64,000 bases of DNA from Halocalculus aciditolerans (GCF_014647475.1 NZ_BMPG01000007.1:4696-68695); one strand, 5' to 3'. Shown: positions 19,726-31,183, counted from the first letter of the stretch. Made by a program: numbers and translations. The notes: generated by a model from the letters alone, not told the origin.

Positions 19726-21758
19726 TAGTTCGGACTCGCGCTGCCGGACGCGCCCTGCTGGCCGGCGTCGAGCGCCTTGCTCGTGATGTTCTTCAGGCGG
19801 TCGACAAGCGAGTCCTTCTCGACTTCGCCGACGAGCGCCACGTCGAGCACTTCGCTGATGTGGCTCACCGGGATGATCTCGATCTGGTCTTTGTACTCGT
19901 CTTCGATCATGACGTCCTGTTCGTTCGCCTTCGGGATGATGACGCGCTTACAGCCGGCTTTCGCGGCGGCTTCGATCTTGTGCGTCACGCCGCCGACGGG
20001 GAGGACGTCCCCGCGGACGGAGAGGCTCCCGGTCATGGCGAGGTCCTGCGCGACGGGGATGTTTTCGAGCGCGCTGATGACGGCGGTCGCGACCGTAATC
20101 GAGGCCGAATCGCCGTCGACGCCGCCTTCACCCACCTGAACGAACTGGATGTGGACGTCCTTCTGGGAGAGGTCCTCGTCGCTGAACTTCTTGATGATGG
20201 CGGAGACGTTCTCGACGGCCTCCTGTGCCATCTCCTTCAGCTGGCCGGTCGCGATGACCTCACCGGGGCCCTGCGACGGCGCGACTTCCGCCATCACGGG
20301 GAGCACGATACCGGAGTCGCCGCCCATGACGGCGAGCCCGTTCACGCGCCCGACGGCTTCGCCCTGGGAGACGCGGAGCTCGTAATCCTTCCGGCGTTCG
20401 ATGTAGTCGTCGGCGACCTGCTGTTCGATGCTGCGCGAGCGCTTCTTCGCGTCGAGGACGTCCTGCCGCGTCGTCCTCTCGGCGTCGCGAGACCGCGCGA
20501 TGTCGCCGGCGACGCGGACGAGCCCGCCGAGGTCGCGGAGTTCGAGCGTCAGCTGGCCTTTCCGGCCGGCGCGACGCTTCGCCTCCAGGATGATCTCCCG
20601 GACGGCGTCCGGAGAGAAGTGCGGGAGGCGGCCGTCCTTGTCGACCTCCTGCGCGATGAACCGGACGTACTGCCGGCGCATCTCGGGGTCGTCGTCGATG
20701 GTGTCCTCCATGTACACCTCGTACCCGTAGCCCTTGATTCGGGAGCGGAGCGCCGGGTGCATGTTCTCCATCGCGTCCATGTTCCCCGCGGCGACCATGA
20801 TGAAGTCACAGGGGACGGGTTCGGTCTGCACCATCGCGCCCGAGCTGCGTTCGGACTGCCCGGTGATGGCGAACTCGCCCTCCTGAATCGCGGTCATCAG
20901 GTGCTGTTGGCTGCGGATGTCGAGCGTGTTGATCTCGTCGACGAACAGCACGCCCTTGTTCGCTTTGTGGATGGCACCGGCCTCGACGCGGTCGTGGCTC
21001 GGCGTCTCCATCCCGCCGGACTGGAACGGGTCGTGGCGGACGTCGCCGAGCAGCGCACCCGCGTGCGCGCCGGTCGCGTCCTCGAACGGCGCGACGGAGC
21101 GGTCGGCGTTGTTGATGAGGAGCTTCGGCACCATCGCGTCCCCGCCCCGGCTGGAGTACCGGAAGGCGAAGTAGATGATCCCGGCGGCGAGGATGCCGAT
21201 GAGGATCTGGTGGACCACCAGGAAGGAGTAGCCGATGATGACGGCGAGGATGATCCACATCAGGAAGGAACGCATCTGGTTGCGTTTCCGGGATTCCTCG
21301 CGGTGGGCTTCGACGATCTGGTCGCCCTTCCCCGCCGGGACCGTCCGAACTTTCGGCTCGTTCGAGTCGTCGGGGTTGTGGTAGACGAGGACGTCCTGGA
21401 GCGACTCCTTCGGCAGGAGGTAACTCATCGCCTTCGCGAGCATCGACTTCCCCGTCCCCGGGGAGCCGATCATCATCACGTGGCGGTGTTGTTTCGCGGC
21501 GCGCATCACGATGTCGCGCGCCTCCTTCTGGCCGATGACTTGGTCGACCAGTCGGTCGGGGATGCTGATGTTCGAGGTGTCGTCGAAGCGGAGGCCGCCG
21601 AGGAGGTCGTCCTCGTTCGCCTCGTCGATTTCGACGTTCTCCCCCTCGACGGCGACCTCGCTACCGAGGGCGTCGAGGTCCCCGTCGGTCGGTTCGTCCG
21701 CACCCGCCTCCGAATCGTCCTTCGGAGGCGGAAGGTCAGTCGTGGGGTCGTCGCTCAT
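19725..21758 (-). CDS. lon: archaeal ATP-dependent Lon protease (LonB, membrane-anchored)
   Basis: AAA+ Walker A GSPGTGKS, a membrane insertion ([15 protein letters not shown]..) within the ATPase domain and a C-terminal Lon protease domain with a Ser-Lys dyad region. Confidence 0.95.
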   Translation of the reverse strand: MSDDPTTDLPPPKDDSEAGADEPTDGDLDALGSEVAVEGENVEIDEANEDDLLGGLRFDDTSNISIPDRLVDQVIGQKEARDIVMRAAKQHRHVMMIGSPGTGKSMLAKAMSYLLPKESLQDVLVYHNPDDSNEPKVRTVPAGKGDQIVEAHREESRKRNQMRSFLMWIILAVIIGYSFLVVHQILIGILAAGIIYFAFRYSSRGGDAMVPKLLINNADRSVAPFEDATGAHAGALLGDVRHDPFQSGGMETPSHDRVEAGAIHKANKGVLFVDEINTLDIRSQQHLMTAIQEGEFAITGQSERSSGAMVQTEPVPCDFIMVAAGNMDAMENMHPALRSRIKGYGYEVYMEDTIDDDPEMRRQYVRFIAQEVDKDGRLPHFSPDAVREIILEAKRRAGRKGQLTLELRDLGGLVRVAGDIARSRDAERTTRQDVLDAKKRSRSIEQQVADDYIERRKDYELRVSQGEAVGRVNGLAVMGGDSGIVLPVMAEVAPSQGPGEVIATGQLKEMAQEAVENVSAIIKKFSDEDLSQKDVHIQFVQVGEGGVDGDSASITVATAVISALENIPVAQDLAMTGSLSVRGDVLPVGGVTHKIEAAAKAGCKRVIIPKANEQDVMIEDEYKDQIEIIPVSHISEVLDVALVGEVEKDSLVDRLKNITSKALDAGQQGASGSASPN

Positions 21759-22051
21759 GAGAACGGTAGTTCCGTTGGTTGAATTTCAAGGGAGCGCGAT
21801 TGATATACTTTCTCCCTCCGGAACACACGTACGCGCCTCGTAGCCCGCGAAAACGCCGGGTAGCGCCGTCAACGGGTCGGGTCGTGAGTCGCGGCCGCTG
21901 CGGCCGGCTCGGAGCCGTCGCGAGCGAGTGGTACGACTCGACGCGGACAGGCAGTGTGACTCGACGCGAGCGCGGCGTCGACGCCGGGCGAGGCCGAAAC
22001 GGGGGCGTGGAAACTCGCCACGCTTATGCGGGCGCGTGGGGACGTTCAGTC

Positions 22052-22573
22052 ATGCGACGCGGCTTCTACATCGGCCGGTTCCAGCCGTTCCACGACGGCC
22101 ACTACCGCGTGGTCGAGGAGATCGCGGCGGACGTCGACGAACTCGTCCTCGGCATCGGGAGCGCGGGAGACTCCCACTCGACCCACGACCCCTTCACGGC
22201 CGGGGAGCGCATCATGATGATTCGGCAGGCGCTCGCCGACCACGAGCTCACCGTCTACGCGGTCCCCATCGAGGACCTCGACCGGAACGCGGTCTGGGTG
22301 AGCCACGTCCAGTCGATGACGCCGGAGTTCGACGTGGCGTACTCGAACAACCCGCTCGTCGTCCGGCTCTTCGAGGAGAAGGGCGTGCGCGTCGAGGGGT
22401 CGCCGATGTTCGAACGCGACGTCTTAGAGGGGACGGAGATTCGCGAGCGGATGGTCCGAGGCGACGACTGGGCGGCGCTCGTCCCGGACGCCGTCGCGGC
22501 CGTCATCCGCGAGGTCGGCGGCGTGGAGCGCATCACGCAGGTCGCGGAGACCGACACGAGCATCGACGAGTGA
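22052..22573 (+). CDS. nicotinamide-nucleotide adenylyltransferase
   Basis: Nucleotidyltransferase motif RGFYIGRFQPFHDGH in a 173-aa archaeal-NMNAT-sized protein. Start trimmed to ATG 22052. Confidence 0.85.
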   Translation: MRRGFYIGRFQPFHDGHYRVVEEIAADVDELVLGIGSAGDSHSTHDPFTAGERIMMIRQALADHELTVYAVPIEDLDRNAVWVSHVQSMTPEFDVAYSNNPLVVRLFEEKGVRVEGSPMFERDVLEGTEIRERMVRGDDWAALVPDAVAAVIREVGGVERITQVAETDTSIDE

Positions 22574-22667
22574 CGGAACGGTCTCGCTCGGCGTCGGCCC
22601 CTTCCTCGGCGTCGACGAGCGGCGGCGGTGTCGAGCGGTTTTTGCCGGGCTGCGTCCAGAGTCGTGT

Positions 22668-23279
22668 ATGGTCTCGGTCTTCGACGTGATGAACGCGGTC
22701 GGGCTGGTGGCGTTCGCGGTCGTCGGGTCGCTGAAGGCGAGCGACGCCCGCCTCGACCTGCTCGGCGTCGCGGTTCTCGGCTTTCTGACGGCGCTCGGCG
22801 GCGGCATCACGCGCGACGTGCTCGTCGGTCGCGTGCCGGCGGCGCTCGGCGGGAGCGGCGACGTGGCGTGGGCGGGTGTCGGCGTGGTGCTGGCGGTCGC
22901 GCTCGCAGCGGTGACGGAGGAGCGCGACCTCCTCGACCGGCCGGCGCTCCTCGTGCCCGACGCGGTCGGGCTGGCGGCGTTCGCGGCGACGGGCGCGCTC
23001 GTCGGCGTCGAAGCGGGCGTCACGGCGTTCGGCGTCGTCGTGCTCGCCACGCTGACCGGCGTCGGCGGCGGGACGATTAGCGACGTGCTCCTCGACCGCG
23101 TGCCCTTCGTGCTCACGGAGGATTTCTACGCGACGTGCGCTATCGGCGGCGGCGTCGTCTTCGTCGCGGCGTCGGCGGCCGGCGCGACGGCGCGGACCGC
23201 GGCGGTCGCGTGCGCCGGCGTCGTCTTCACCACCCGCCTCGCCGCGCTCCACTGGGGGTGGCGGCTCCCGAAGCTCTGA
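22668..23279 (+). CDS. UPF0126 / TRIC-type membrane protein (two glycine-rich repeats)
   Basis: An internal duplication each carries a GGG(I/T)(T/I)(R/S)DVL motif (LGGGITRDVL and VGGGTISDVL), with six predicted TM helices. Confidence 0.75.
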   Translation: MVSVFDVMNAVGLVAFAVVGSLKASDARLDLLGVAVLGFLTALGGGITRDVLVGRVPAALGGSGDVAWAGVGVVLAVALAAVTEERDLLDRPALLVPDAVGLAAFAATGALVGVEAGVTAFGVVVLATLTGVGGGTISDVLLDRVPFVLTEDFYATCAIGGGVVFVAASAAGATARTAAVACAGVVFTTRLAALHWGWRLPKL

Positions 23280-23418
23280 CCCGGCCGGTTATTGCGAACG
23301 CTCCGTCCGGCCTTCTCGATGCGCTCCTCGACCATCTCGGACTGTGTGCGGGAGACGAGTTCGAGGGCGGGAACGACCGTGGACGGGGGAGAGCAGTGGG
23401 TGGGACGAGCGGCCCGGG

Positions 23419-24723
23419 TCAGTCGTGGAGGCCGGCGACGCGGGCGAGCTGCTCGCGTTCGAAGTAGGAGAGTTCGATGAGGAAGACGGCGATGGCGGTG
23501 AGGACGACGGCGACGAAGGTGCGGGGTTCGCGGCTGAGGAGGTGGTAGAAGAGGAGGGGGAGGAAGGCGGCGGTGCCGAGCACGCCGACGGCGGGGAGGA
23601 CGGGATTGACGCGGTCGTCGTCGCGGAGGCGGAAGGCGAGCGCGCTCATGGCGCCGAAGACGACGATGAAGGCGAGGCTGGCGAGGGTGGTGATGCCGTC
23701 GAGGCTGCCGTAGATGGTGAAGCCGACGGTGATGACGCCGAGGAGGACGAGGGTGCGTTCGGGGACGCCGTCGGCGTCGCCGTCGCCGACGCGGTCGGGG
23801 AGGAGGTTCTCGTCGAGCATCCCCTTGGCGAAGTGCGCGGCGGAGAAGAGCGTCGCGTTGATGGCGGAGCCAGTGGAGACGACGGCGGCGAGCGACATGA
23901 GGGTGTAGCCTCGCTGTCCGAGGAAGGGTTCGGCGGCGGCGGCGAGCGCGACCTCCTTGTACTGGGCGATAGTCTCGGGGGAGAGGAGGCTGGTGGTGAC
24001 GACGGCGATGAGGACGTAGACGGCGACGGCGACGGGGATGGCGACGTAGACCGCGCGGGCGATGGTGGTGTCGGGGTCGCGGATGCTCTCGCGGTCGTAG
24101 AAGAGGAGCTGCCAGCCCTGGAAGGCGACGAAGGAGACGGCGGCGGCGACGAGCGGCGCGACGCCGAGGCTCCCGGACGCGCCATAGGAGAGGACGCCCT
24201 CCGCGTGGCCGTAGTACGCGCCGGCGACGCCGAAGCCGACGAGGACGAGCATCTTCGCGCCCACGAGGAGGTTCTCGGTGGTGCCGGACGCCCGCGCGCC
24301 GAGGAGGTTCAGTCCGACGAACCCGGCGACGGCGAGCGTGGAGACGGCCGGGCGGGCGACGGGGCCGAACGCGGCGTGGAGGCCGAGGAGTTGCACGGAG
24401 AACTCGCCGAAGGCGTAGGCGTACATCGCCATCGAACCGATGTAGCCGAAGAGCAAGGTCCACCCGACCATGCCGGCGAGCGTCGCGTTCCCCGTGAACC
24501 GCTGGACGTAGGTGACGGACGCGCCGTGGCGCGCTGCGACCGCGTTCAGTTTGTTGTACGAGTAGCCCGCGCAGAGCGCGACGACGCCGGCGGCGGTGAA
24601 CGCGAGCCACGTCCGCGCGCCCGCGATCTTCGCGACGACGCCCAGCACGGAGAAGATGCCGCCCCCGATCATCCCGCCGAGGGCGATAGAGACACTCGAC
24701 GGCAGCCCGAGTTTCTCAGCCAT
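23419..24723 (-). CDS. APC-superfamily amino acid permease
   Basis: Twelve hydrophobic segments and the N-terminal GGMIGGGIFSVLG signature. Confidence 0.85.
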   Translation of the reverse strand: MAEKLGLPSSVSIALGGMIGGGIFSVLGVVAKIAGARTWLAFTAAGVVALCAGYSYNKLNAVAARHGASVTYVQRFTGNATLAGMVGWTLLFGYIGSMAMYAYAFGEFSVQLLGLHAAFGPVARPAVSTLAVAGFVGLNLLGARASGTTENLLVGAKMLVLVGFGVAGAYYGHAEGVLSYGASGSLGVAPLVAAAVSFVAFQGWQLLFYDRESIRDPDTTIARAVYVAIPVAVAVYVLIAVVTTSLLSPETIAQYKEVALAAAAEPFLGQRGYTLMSLAAVVSTGSAINATLFSAAHFAKGMLDENLLPDRVGDGDADGVPERTLVLLGVITVGFTIYGSLDGITTLASLAFIVVFGAMSALAFRLRDDDRVNPVLPAVGVLGTAAFLPLLFYHLLSREPRTFVAVVLTAIAVFLIELSYFEREQLARVAGLHD

Positions 24724-24885
24724 TATCGGAGTTCTGTCGCGCCGCGGAGTTACGGATTACGGCTCGAAGCATCACGCCGCGGGCGGGGTCGTCGCAGCGG
24801 CAGAGTCGGCGACGGCGTCGGCAACCCATCGATCAGGGTCGCTCGCGCCACAAGCCTTTCACGGGCGGCGTCGAACGGCACACGC

Positions 24886-25506
24886 ATGCTCGATGACCGA
24901 ACGGACGCGGGGGCGGCGTTGGCGGCGGCGCTCCGTGACGCCGGCGTCGAGGCGGACCTCGTGGTCGCGATTCCACGCGGCGGCCTCCCGGTCGCCCGCC
25001 CGGTCGCGGACGCGCTCGGCGTGCCGCTCGACATCGTCGCCGCGAAGAAGCTGGGCGCGCCGGGGGACGCGGAGTACGCCATCGGCGCGGCCGCGCCCGA
25101 CGGGAGCGCGTGGCTGAACGAGGACGCCATCGCTCGGCTCGGTGTCTCGGACGCGTACGTCGCGGAAGCGCGGGAACGCGCCGCCGAGACCGCGCGGCGG
25201 AAAGAGGAGACCTACCGCACGGGCGACCCCGAGCCGGTCGCGGGGCGGCGTGTCGTCGTCGTCGACGACGGCGTGGCGACGGGCGCGACGATGCTCGCGA
25301 GCGTCCGCCGGCTGAACGAGGCGGGTGCCGCGTCGGTCGTCGTCGCCGTCCCCGTCGGCCCGCCAGACACCCTCGATCGACTCCGACAGGAGGTCGACGA
25401 CGTCGTCGCCCTTGAGGAACCCGCGGCCTTCCGAGCCGTCGGCCAGTTCTACCGGGATTTCGAGCAAGTGACAGACGACGAAGCCCGCGCATACCTCCGA
25501 CGGTAG
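24886..25506 (+). CDS. phosphoribosyltransferase-domain protein
   Basis: PRPP-binding loop VVVVDDGVATGATM. This is only the C-terminal 206 aa of the 720-aa track ORF 23344..25506, whose upstream part lies antisense to the permease. Confidence 0.75.
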   Translation: MLDDRTDAGAALAAALRDAGVEADLVVAIPRGGLPVARPVADALGVPLDIVAAKKLGAPGDAEYAIGAAAPDGSAWLNEDAIARLGVSDAYVAEARERAAETARRKEETYRTGDPEPVAGRRVVVVDDGVATGATMLASVRRLNEAGAASVVVAVPVGPPDTLDRLRQEVDDVVALEEPAAFRAVGQFYRDFEQVTDDEARAYLRR

Positions 25507-25572
25507 GTCGAACCGCCGCATCGCGGGTCTCGTCAGCGGGGGAGAGCAGAAAGTGCGCGTCGGTGCGTATGC

Positions 25573-27141
25573 TTATTCCCCGGCGATGATGTCGTCGATG
25601 CGGAGGATCATCGTCGCGGCTTCGGTGGCGGACTCTAAGGCTTCGCGTTTGACGGCGGCGGGGTCGAAGACGCCGTGGTCGACGGGGTCGGCGATGTCGC
25701 CGTGTTCGCCGGTGGCGATGAGGCCGGCGCGGCCGGTCTCGTTGGCGGCGCGGAGGTCGACGAGAGCGTCGATGGGGTCCATGCCGGTGTTCTCCGCGAG
25801 GGTGCGCGGGAGGACGTCGAGCGCGTCGGCGAACGCGTCGGCGGCGAGCTGGCCGCGGCCGCTGATGGAGTTCGCGCGCTCGCGGACGTGGTCGGCGAGC
25901 TTGATTTCGGGGTAGCCCGCGCCGGGGACGACGCCGCCCTCGTCGAGGGCGACCGCCGCGACGTCGAGGGCGTCGCCGACGGCGCGTTCGAGTTCGTCGA
26001 GGACGTGCTCGGTGCCGCCGCGCAGGAGGAGCGTGACGGTCTCGGCGTCCGCGCCGCCTTCGACGAAGGTGAGGTCGTCCTCGCCGACGCGCTCCACGCG
26101 GACGGACGCGGCGTAGCCGAGGTCGTCGGCGTCGATGTCGTCGACGGACGCGATGCTGACCGCGCCGGTCGCGGAGGCGAGCGCCTTCGCGTCCGAGGTC
26201 TTCACGGACTTGAACGCGAGGATGCCGTGCTTCGCGAGGTGGGCGGCCGCGCGGTCGTCGATTTTCTTCGTGCAGAAGAGCACGTCGACGCCGGCGTCGT
26301 CGAGCGACTGCGCATAGGATTCGAACTCGGCCTCTTCGGCGTCGAGCGCGGCGTTCAGCTGGTCGACGTCCGTGATGTTGTACTCGGCGTCGACGCTCGC
26401 CTCGCGCGTGTCGAGCTTCGTGCGGAGGATGGCGACGGTGGCGTCCTCGACGCTCCGGGGCATGTTGTCGCGGACGGGTTCCTCGTCGACGACGATGCCC
26501 TCCACGAGCGCGGATTCGGAGGCGGCCGCGCCGACCTCCGTCTGGATGCGGACGTTGTCGCGCTGGACGCCCTCGGCGGTCTCGACGCGTCGGACGGCGT
26601 CGACGACGAGGTCCGCGAGGCGGTCGGCGGAGACGTCGCCCGTGCCCTTCCCGGTCATGCTTGACGCGGCGACGCGGCGGAGGAGCGCGTCGTCGAGTTC
26701 GTCGTCCAGCGTGAGGTCGTCGAGCGCTTCGAGCGCGAAGTCACGGGCCTGCGCGTACCCCTCGACGATGGTCGTCGGGTGGACGTTCTGTTCGACGAGC
26801 TCCTCCGACTTCGCGAGGAGCTGGCCCGCGAGGACGGACGCCGTCGTCGTGCCGTCGCCGACTTCGCTCTCCTGCGTCTGCGCGACCTCGACGAGCATCT
26901 GCGCGGCGGGGTGTTCGATATCCATCTCCTCGAGGATGGTCACGCCGTCGTTCGTGATGACGACCGTCCCCGTCGAGTCAACGAGCATCTTGTCCATGCC
27001 TCGCGGACCGAGAGTCGTGCGGACGGACTCCGCGACCGCTTTCCCGGCGGTGATGTTCGAGGACTGCGCGTCGCGCCCGCGGGTGCGCTGCGCGTCGTCA
27101 CCGAGGATAAACACCGGACTGCGTGAACCTCTAACGGCCAT
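25573..27141 (-). CDS. thermosome subunit (group II chaperonin)
   Basis: Contains [18 protein letters not shown], the GDGTTT ATP-binding motif and the apical domain. Start trimmed to ATG 27141. Confidence 0.95.
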   Translation of the reverse strand: MAVRGSRSPVFILGDDAQRTRGRDAQSSNITAGKAVAESVRTTLGPRGMDKMLVDSTGTVVITNDGVTILEEMDIEHPAAQMLVEVAQTQESEVGDGTTTASVLAGQLLAKSEELVEQNVHPTTIVEGYAQARDFALEALDDLTLDDELDDALLRRVAASSMTGKGTGDVSADRLADLVVDAVRRVETAEGVQRDNVRIQTEVGAAASESALVEGIVVDEEPVRDNMPRSVEDATVAILRTKLDTREASVDAEYNITDVDQLNAALDAEEAEFESYAQSLDDAGVDVLFCTKKIDDRAAAHLAKHGILAFKSVKTSDAKALASATGAVSIASVDDIDADDLGYAASVRVERVGEDDLTFVEGGADAETVTLLLRGGTEHVLDELERAVGDALDVAAVALDEGGVVPGAGYPEIKLADHVRERANSISGRGQLAADAFADALDVLPRTLAENTGMDPIDALVDLRAANETGRAGLIATGEHGDIADPVDHGVFDPAAVKREALESATEAATMILRIDDIIAGE

Positions 27142-27245
27142 ACTATCTGGATGGTTAGCGGTTCTATATGTACGTTTCGCGCCGTGTGCTCGCACAGCGC
27201 GCGGCGTCCGTCAGAGAGAAATAGCCGGCCGCGAGAGACCCCCGT

Positions 27246-28055
27246 ATGCTGGAGTTGAACCACGGGTTCCGCGTCGTCGACGTGAACGCGCGCCTCCACG
27301 CCGGCCCGACGCCGCCGGCCCGCGGCCGCGACGTCGACGCCGAGGAGCTCGAACGGGAACTCCACCAGGCCGGCGTCGTCCGCGCCGTCGTCCACGCCGG
27401 CCCGGAAGAAGCGGGGTATCTCCGCGCGAACAACGCCGTGGCGCGCGCGAGCGTCGACCGGCCGTTCGTCGCGTTCGCCCGCATCGACGGCCCGCGCGCC
27501 CCCGGCGAGACCGCGCGCTCCCGCCTCCGGAACCTCACCGCCGTCCGCGACGACGCCCACACCAGCCCCGACGACGTCGAACAGTACGCCTACGACGACC
27601 GATTCGACGGGTTCTACCTCGACCCCGCGACCGACGGCCTCCCGGACGAGGAGACCCTCGACGTCCTCGCCGCCACCGACCTCCCCCTCCTCGTCCACGC
27701 CGGCGACGCCCTCACGCCCGCGCAGGTCGAAGCGTCCCTCCTCGGCCGCGGCCTCACCGTCATCCTCGAAGGCTTCGGCGGCCACCCCCTCGACCGCGAC
27801 CGCATGACCGACGCCCTCGACCTCCTCGACGCCCGCGACGACCTCTACCTCGACACCGCCGCCGTCCGCTACCGCGACCTCCTCGAACGCGCGCTCCGCG
27901 AACACCCCGACCGCGTGCTCTTCGGCAGCGGCGTCCCCGACGTCCACCCGAACGTCGCCGTCATGGAACTCCTCACGCTCGACGTCCCCGAAGACCTCAT
28001 GGGCCGCGCGTTCGAGAAAAACCCCCGACGCGTCATCCCCGGGCTCGACGGCTGA
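27246..28055 (+). CDS. amidohydrolase-2 family (TIM-barrel metal-dependent hydrolase)
   Basis: Metal-ligand His pairs (NARLHAG, LLVHAGD) and a C-terminal D in a barrel of about 270 aa. Confidence 0.7.
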   Translation: MLELNHGFRVVDVNARLHAGPTPPARGRDVDAEELERELHQAGVVRAVVHAGPEEAGYLRANNAVARASVDRPFVAFARIDGPRAPGETARSRLRNLTAVRDDAHTSPDDVEQYAYDDRFDGFYLDPATDGLPDEETLDVLAATDLPLLVHAGDALTPAQVEASLLGRGLTVILEGFGGHPLDRDRMTDALDLLDARDDLYLDTAAVRYRDLLERALREHPDRVLFGSGVPDVHPNVAVMELLTLDVPEDLMGRAFEKNPRRVIPGLDG

Positions 28056-28115
28056 CGCATCGTCGAGCACCATCGGCCTCGACGGCTGACGCAGTGTGGA
28101 AGGAGCGGCGGGCGT

Positions 28116-29054
28116 TCAGATAGACTGCTGTTCGTGGGCGTCGTGGCGGGCGACGGCTCGGTCCATGCGCGTGGAGACGCCGTTGGGGTTGCGGCGGGGG
28201 GTGGTGTCGGCGCGGCGGGCGCGCGTGCCGTCGCGGACGCCGTCGGCCGCGCCGCGGACGACGGCAGAGCCGTTGGACACCCACTTCGAGGGGAGTTCTT
28301 CGCCGGAGACGACGTCGCGGGCGACCGTCCACGCGTCCAGTCCCGCCTGTTTGGCGAGGACGAAGGCGACGCCGGGGCGGACGCCGTAGTTCTTCGCGAG
28401 GCGGTAGCCGAGCGCGCGGTATTTCACGCCCCAGCGGGACTCGTCGGAGGCGGAGACGACGCGGTCGGCGACGTCCTCGTGGTCTTCGCGGAGGACGACC
28501 ATCGACGGCTCCCAGCGGACGGTTCGGTCGAGCGCGGCGAGGCGGTGGGCGGCGTCGCGCGCGCCGCCGGTTTCGAGGTATTCGTCGAACCCGTCGAGGG
28601 CGTCGAGGGTGTCGCGGGCGAACGCGACGTTGCCGCCGTCGAAGAAGGAGACGTCGCGGCCGGCGACGGTCGCGGATTCGAGGGATTCGGTGGTGACGCC
28701 GCCGGAGACTTCGCGGTGGACGGGGCCGGTGACGGCGTCCGCGCCGGCGTCGAACGCTGCGCGCACGCCGTCGAGCCACGACTCGCGGATGCGGGAGTCC
28801 TGGCCGACGAAGGCGACGGCGTCGCCGTTCGCGGCGGAGATACCGGCGTTCCGGGCGGCGTTGAGGTTGCGTTCGGAGAGTTCGAGGAGGACGTCGACGG
28901 CGGGGTGGGCGCGCGCGAGGCCGGACGTGCCGTCGGAGGAGGGGCCGTTGACGACGACGACTTCGACGCCGGGAGCGTGGTCGTCGAGCGCGGACAGCGC
29001 GTCGGCGAGGCTGTCGCGGGCGTTCAGCGTGGCGACGACCACGGACAGCTCCAT
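28116..29054 (-). CDS. family 2 glycosyltransferase
   Basis: [14 protein letters not shown] opening, GT-A fold and a DxD-like region. Confidence 0.85.
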   Translation of the reverse strand: MELSVVVATLNARDSLADALSALDDHAPGVEVVVVNGPSSDGTSGLARAHPAVDVLLELSERNLNAARNAGISAANGDAVAFVGQDSRIRESWLDGVRAAFDAGADAVTGPVHREVSGGVTTESLESATVAGRDVSFFDGGNVAFARDTLDALDGFDEYLETGGARDAAHRLAALDRTVRWEPSMVVLREDHEDVADRVVSASDESRWGVKYRALGYRLAKNYGVRPGVAFVLAKQAGLDAWTVARDVVSGEELPSKWVSNGSAVVRGAADGVRDGTRARRADTTPRRNPNGVSTRMDRAVARHDAHEQQSI

Positions 29055-29108
29055 GCCCGCTACAACGAGTCGGGGCGTAAAAACACCACGGGACGCGTCC
29101 TCCGGGCG

Positions 29109-29813
29109 TCAGACGCTCGTCCGCCAGTAGGAGACGGACGCGAGCGGCTGGCCGACGGGCGTGTCGACGACGGAGACGTCGAGGTTCCGGATGGGGTCGG
29201 CGACCCAGTCGGGAATCTTCCGGTAGAAGCCGTAGGGGAGGATGAAGTCGTGTTCAGCGCCGGCGAGCGAGAGGTTCGCGCCGTCGACGAGGCGTTCGAC
29301 CTGCCCGCGCGTGTAGAGGCGCGACCCCATCGGGAGGAGCCAGTTGTAGAGCGAGCGCGTGCTGCGCGCGTTGAACGTGTCGAAGAAGACGACGTCCTTG
29401 GAGACGCGCGCCATCTCGGTGAGGAACTTCGCCGGGGTGTCGGCGAGGTGGAAGAAGCGCATCGCGAAGACGACGTCGAAGTGGTCGTCGGGGAACGGGA
29501 GGCGCGCGGCGTCGCCGCGCATGAACTCGAGGTGGTCGTCGACGCCGGCGGCGTGCGCCTTCTCCCGGCCCTCCTGGAGCATCGCCTCGGAGATGTCGAG
29601 GCCGGTGATGTCCGCGCCGCGTTCGGCGAGCATCACGGTGAACCGCCCGGTCCCGCAGGCGATTTCGAGGACGCGCTCCCCGTCGACGGGTCCGATGGCT
29701 TCGAGCACCGCTCGCTTCTCCCGCCGGTCGATGAGGCGGCCGCCGCGGGAGAATCGCTTCTCGTCGTACTCCTCGGCGACCTCGGCGGTCTGATACCACT
29801 CCTGGCCCTTCAC
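29109..29813 (-). CDS. class I SAM-dependent methyltransferase
   Basis: Motif I VLEIACGTGRFT and motif II DVVF, about 235 aa. I use the GTG at 29813 as start because the track N-terminal extension is Ser/Thr/Trp-rich junk. The gene lies directly upstream of the GT2 gene on the same strand. Confidence 0.75.
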   Translation of the reverse strand: MKGQEWYQTAEVAEEYDEKRFSRGGRLIDRREKRAVLEAIGPVDGERVLEIACGTGRFTVMLAERGADITGLDISEAMLQEGREKAHAAGVDDHLEFMRGDAARLPFPDDHFDVVFAMRFFHLADTPAKFLTEMARVSKDVVFFDTFNARSTRSLYNWLLPMGSRLYTRGQVERLVDGANLSLAGAEHDFILPYGFYRKIPDWVADPIRNLDVSVVDTPVGQPLASVSYWRTSV

Positions 29814-29904
29814 GGTATTCGCTCGAAATACCTCGGCGGAAGCATAAAACCGTACTGGAAGGCCGGCGCGAACGTCTATGGTGGGTGTGGCCGTACCACG
29901 TCGT

Positions 29905-30045
29905 ATGCCGACGTGTCCAGGCTGCCACGAGACCTTCGACGTCGACGAACTCGACGACCACCGCGTGGAGGGCGTCCACCACGTCCACTGTCCGGGCTGC
30001 GGGCGCGCGCTCGGGACGTACAACGAACACGCCGACAGAGAGTAA
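29905..30045 (+). CDS. small CxxC-x-CxxC zinc-ribbon protein (46 aa)
   Basis: Encodes MPTCPGCHETFDVDELDDHRVEGVHHVHCPGCGRALGTYNEHADRE. The track omits it because it is under 60 aa. Confidence 0.4.
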   Translation: MPTCPGCHETFDVDELDDHRVEGVHHVHCPGCGRALGTYNEHADRE

Positions 30046-30082
30046 TATGGATATAAGGAATATAGTCGTGCATATAGCCAAC

Positions 30083-30088
30083 CTTTAC
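30083..30088 (+). promoter_or_regulatory. candidate TATA box for the wHTH gene at 30115
   Basis: ctttac lies 27-32 nt upstream of the ATG, inside a conspicuous AT-rich island (30040-30085). Confidence 0.3.
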
Positions 30089-30114
30089 CCGACGTCCCGA
30101 GTCACCTACGCGGT

Positions 30115-30384
30115 ATGAGCACATCTGTCGAACAGAAACACTCTCCGATCCGGAACGACGAGGCGTTCCGCGACACTCTCCGCGAACTCCCGCCGAGCGC
30201 CAAGCTCGTCGCCAAAGTCTTAGAGAGCGACGCCCCGCTCTCCCAGGGCGAACTCGCCACCGAGACCCTCCTCCCGGACCGGACGGTCCGCTACGCCCTC
30301 AACCGCCTCGACGACGCCGGCCTCGTCGACTCCCGCCACAGCTTCCGCGACGCCCGGAAGCAGGTCTACTCCCTCTCCGCCTGA
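30115..30384 (+). CDS. small winged-helix transcriptional regulator
   Basis: HTH segment LSQGELATETLLPDRTVRYALNRLDDAGLV in an 89-aa protein. Confidence 0.65.
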   Translation: MSTSVEQKHSPIRNDEAFRDTLRELPPSAKLVAKVLESDAPLSQGELATETLLPDRTVRYALNRLDDAGLVDSRHSFRDARKQVYSLSA

Positions 30385-30427
30385 CGCGGACGAACGTCTT
30401 TTTCTCCCGCCCCGCCTACCCGCCGAC

Positions 30428-31183
30428 GTGATAGACTCCTTCGCCCTCCCCGTGGACGCCGCCGCGCCCGGCGGGGAGACGAACGGCGCGCTCGTCGGCG
30501 ACACGCTCCTCGTCGACCCGGCCGCGCGCACCCCGGAGCTCGACGACGCCGTCGCCGCCGCCGACGTCGAGCACCTCGCGCTCACGCACACCCACCCCGA
30601 CCACGTCGCCGGTGTCGCCCACTACGCCGCGACGACCGACGCGACCGTCTGGTGTCGGTACGGCCGCGAGGACCGCTTCGAGGACTCGACCGGCGTAGAA
30701 CCCGACGAGACGTTCCGCGAGGGCGACCGCGTCGGCCCCGCGACCGTCCTGGAGACGCCCGGACACGCGCCCGACCACGTCGCGTTCCGAGTGGACGGAG
30801 AAATCGTCTCGGGCGACCTCGTCTTCCGCGACACCTCGACCTACGTCGGGTCGCGCGACGGCGACATGCGCGCGTACCTCGCGAGCCTCCGCCACCTCCG
30901 CGCCGCCGAACCGGGGACGCTCTACCCGGGCCACGGCCCGCGCATCGAGAACCCGATGGAGCGCATCGCGGAACTCCTCGCACACCGCCGCTACCGCGAG
31001 CGCCAGGTCGAGACCGCCGTCCACGGGGGCGCGCGAACCGCGAGCGAAGTCGTCGACGCCGCCTACGACCGAAACCTCGGCGACGCCCGCCCGCTCGCCG
31101 TCGAAGCCGTCCGCGCCCACCTCGAGAAACTCGCCGTCGAGAAGCGCGTCGCGTGGGACGGCGACCGCGCCGAACCGCGCTGA
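30428..31183 (+). CDS. MBL-fold metallo-hydrolase
   Basis: Metal-ligand motif THTHPDHVAG, then the downstream His (GHAPDH) and Asp. Confidence 0.85.
   Translation: MIDSFALPVDAAAPGGETNGALVGDTLLVDPAARTPELDDAVAAADVEHLALTHTHPDHVAGVAHYAATTDATVWCRYGREDRFEDSTGVEPDETFREGDRVGPATVLETPGHAPDHVAFRVDGEIVSGDLVFRDTSTYVGSRDGDMRAYLASLRHLRAAEPGTLYPGHGPRIENPMERIAELLAHRRYRERQVETAVHGGARTASEVVDAAYDRNLGDARPLAVEAVRAHLEKLAVEKRVAWDGDRAEPR

Noticed and set aside
23126-24610. 494-aa minus-strand ORF (Arg/Pro/His-rich)
   Set aside because: It overlaps the APC permease in another frame and is over 25% Arg with no hydrophobic core. Spurious.
23344-25506. 720-aa plus-strand ORF ending in the PRTase domain
   Set aside because: Only the last 206 aa (from ATG 24886) carry PRTase motifs and acidic composition. 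The upstream 500 aa are Gly/Asp/Glu/Arg repeats antisense to the permease.
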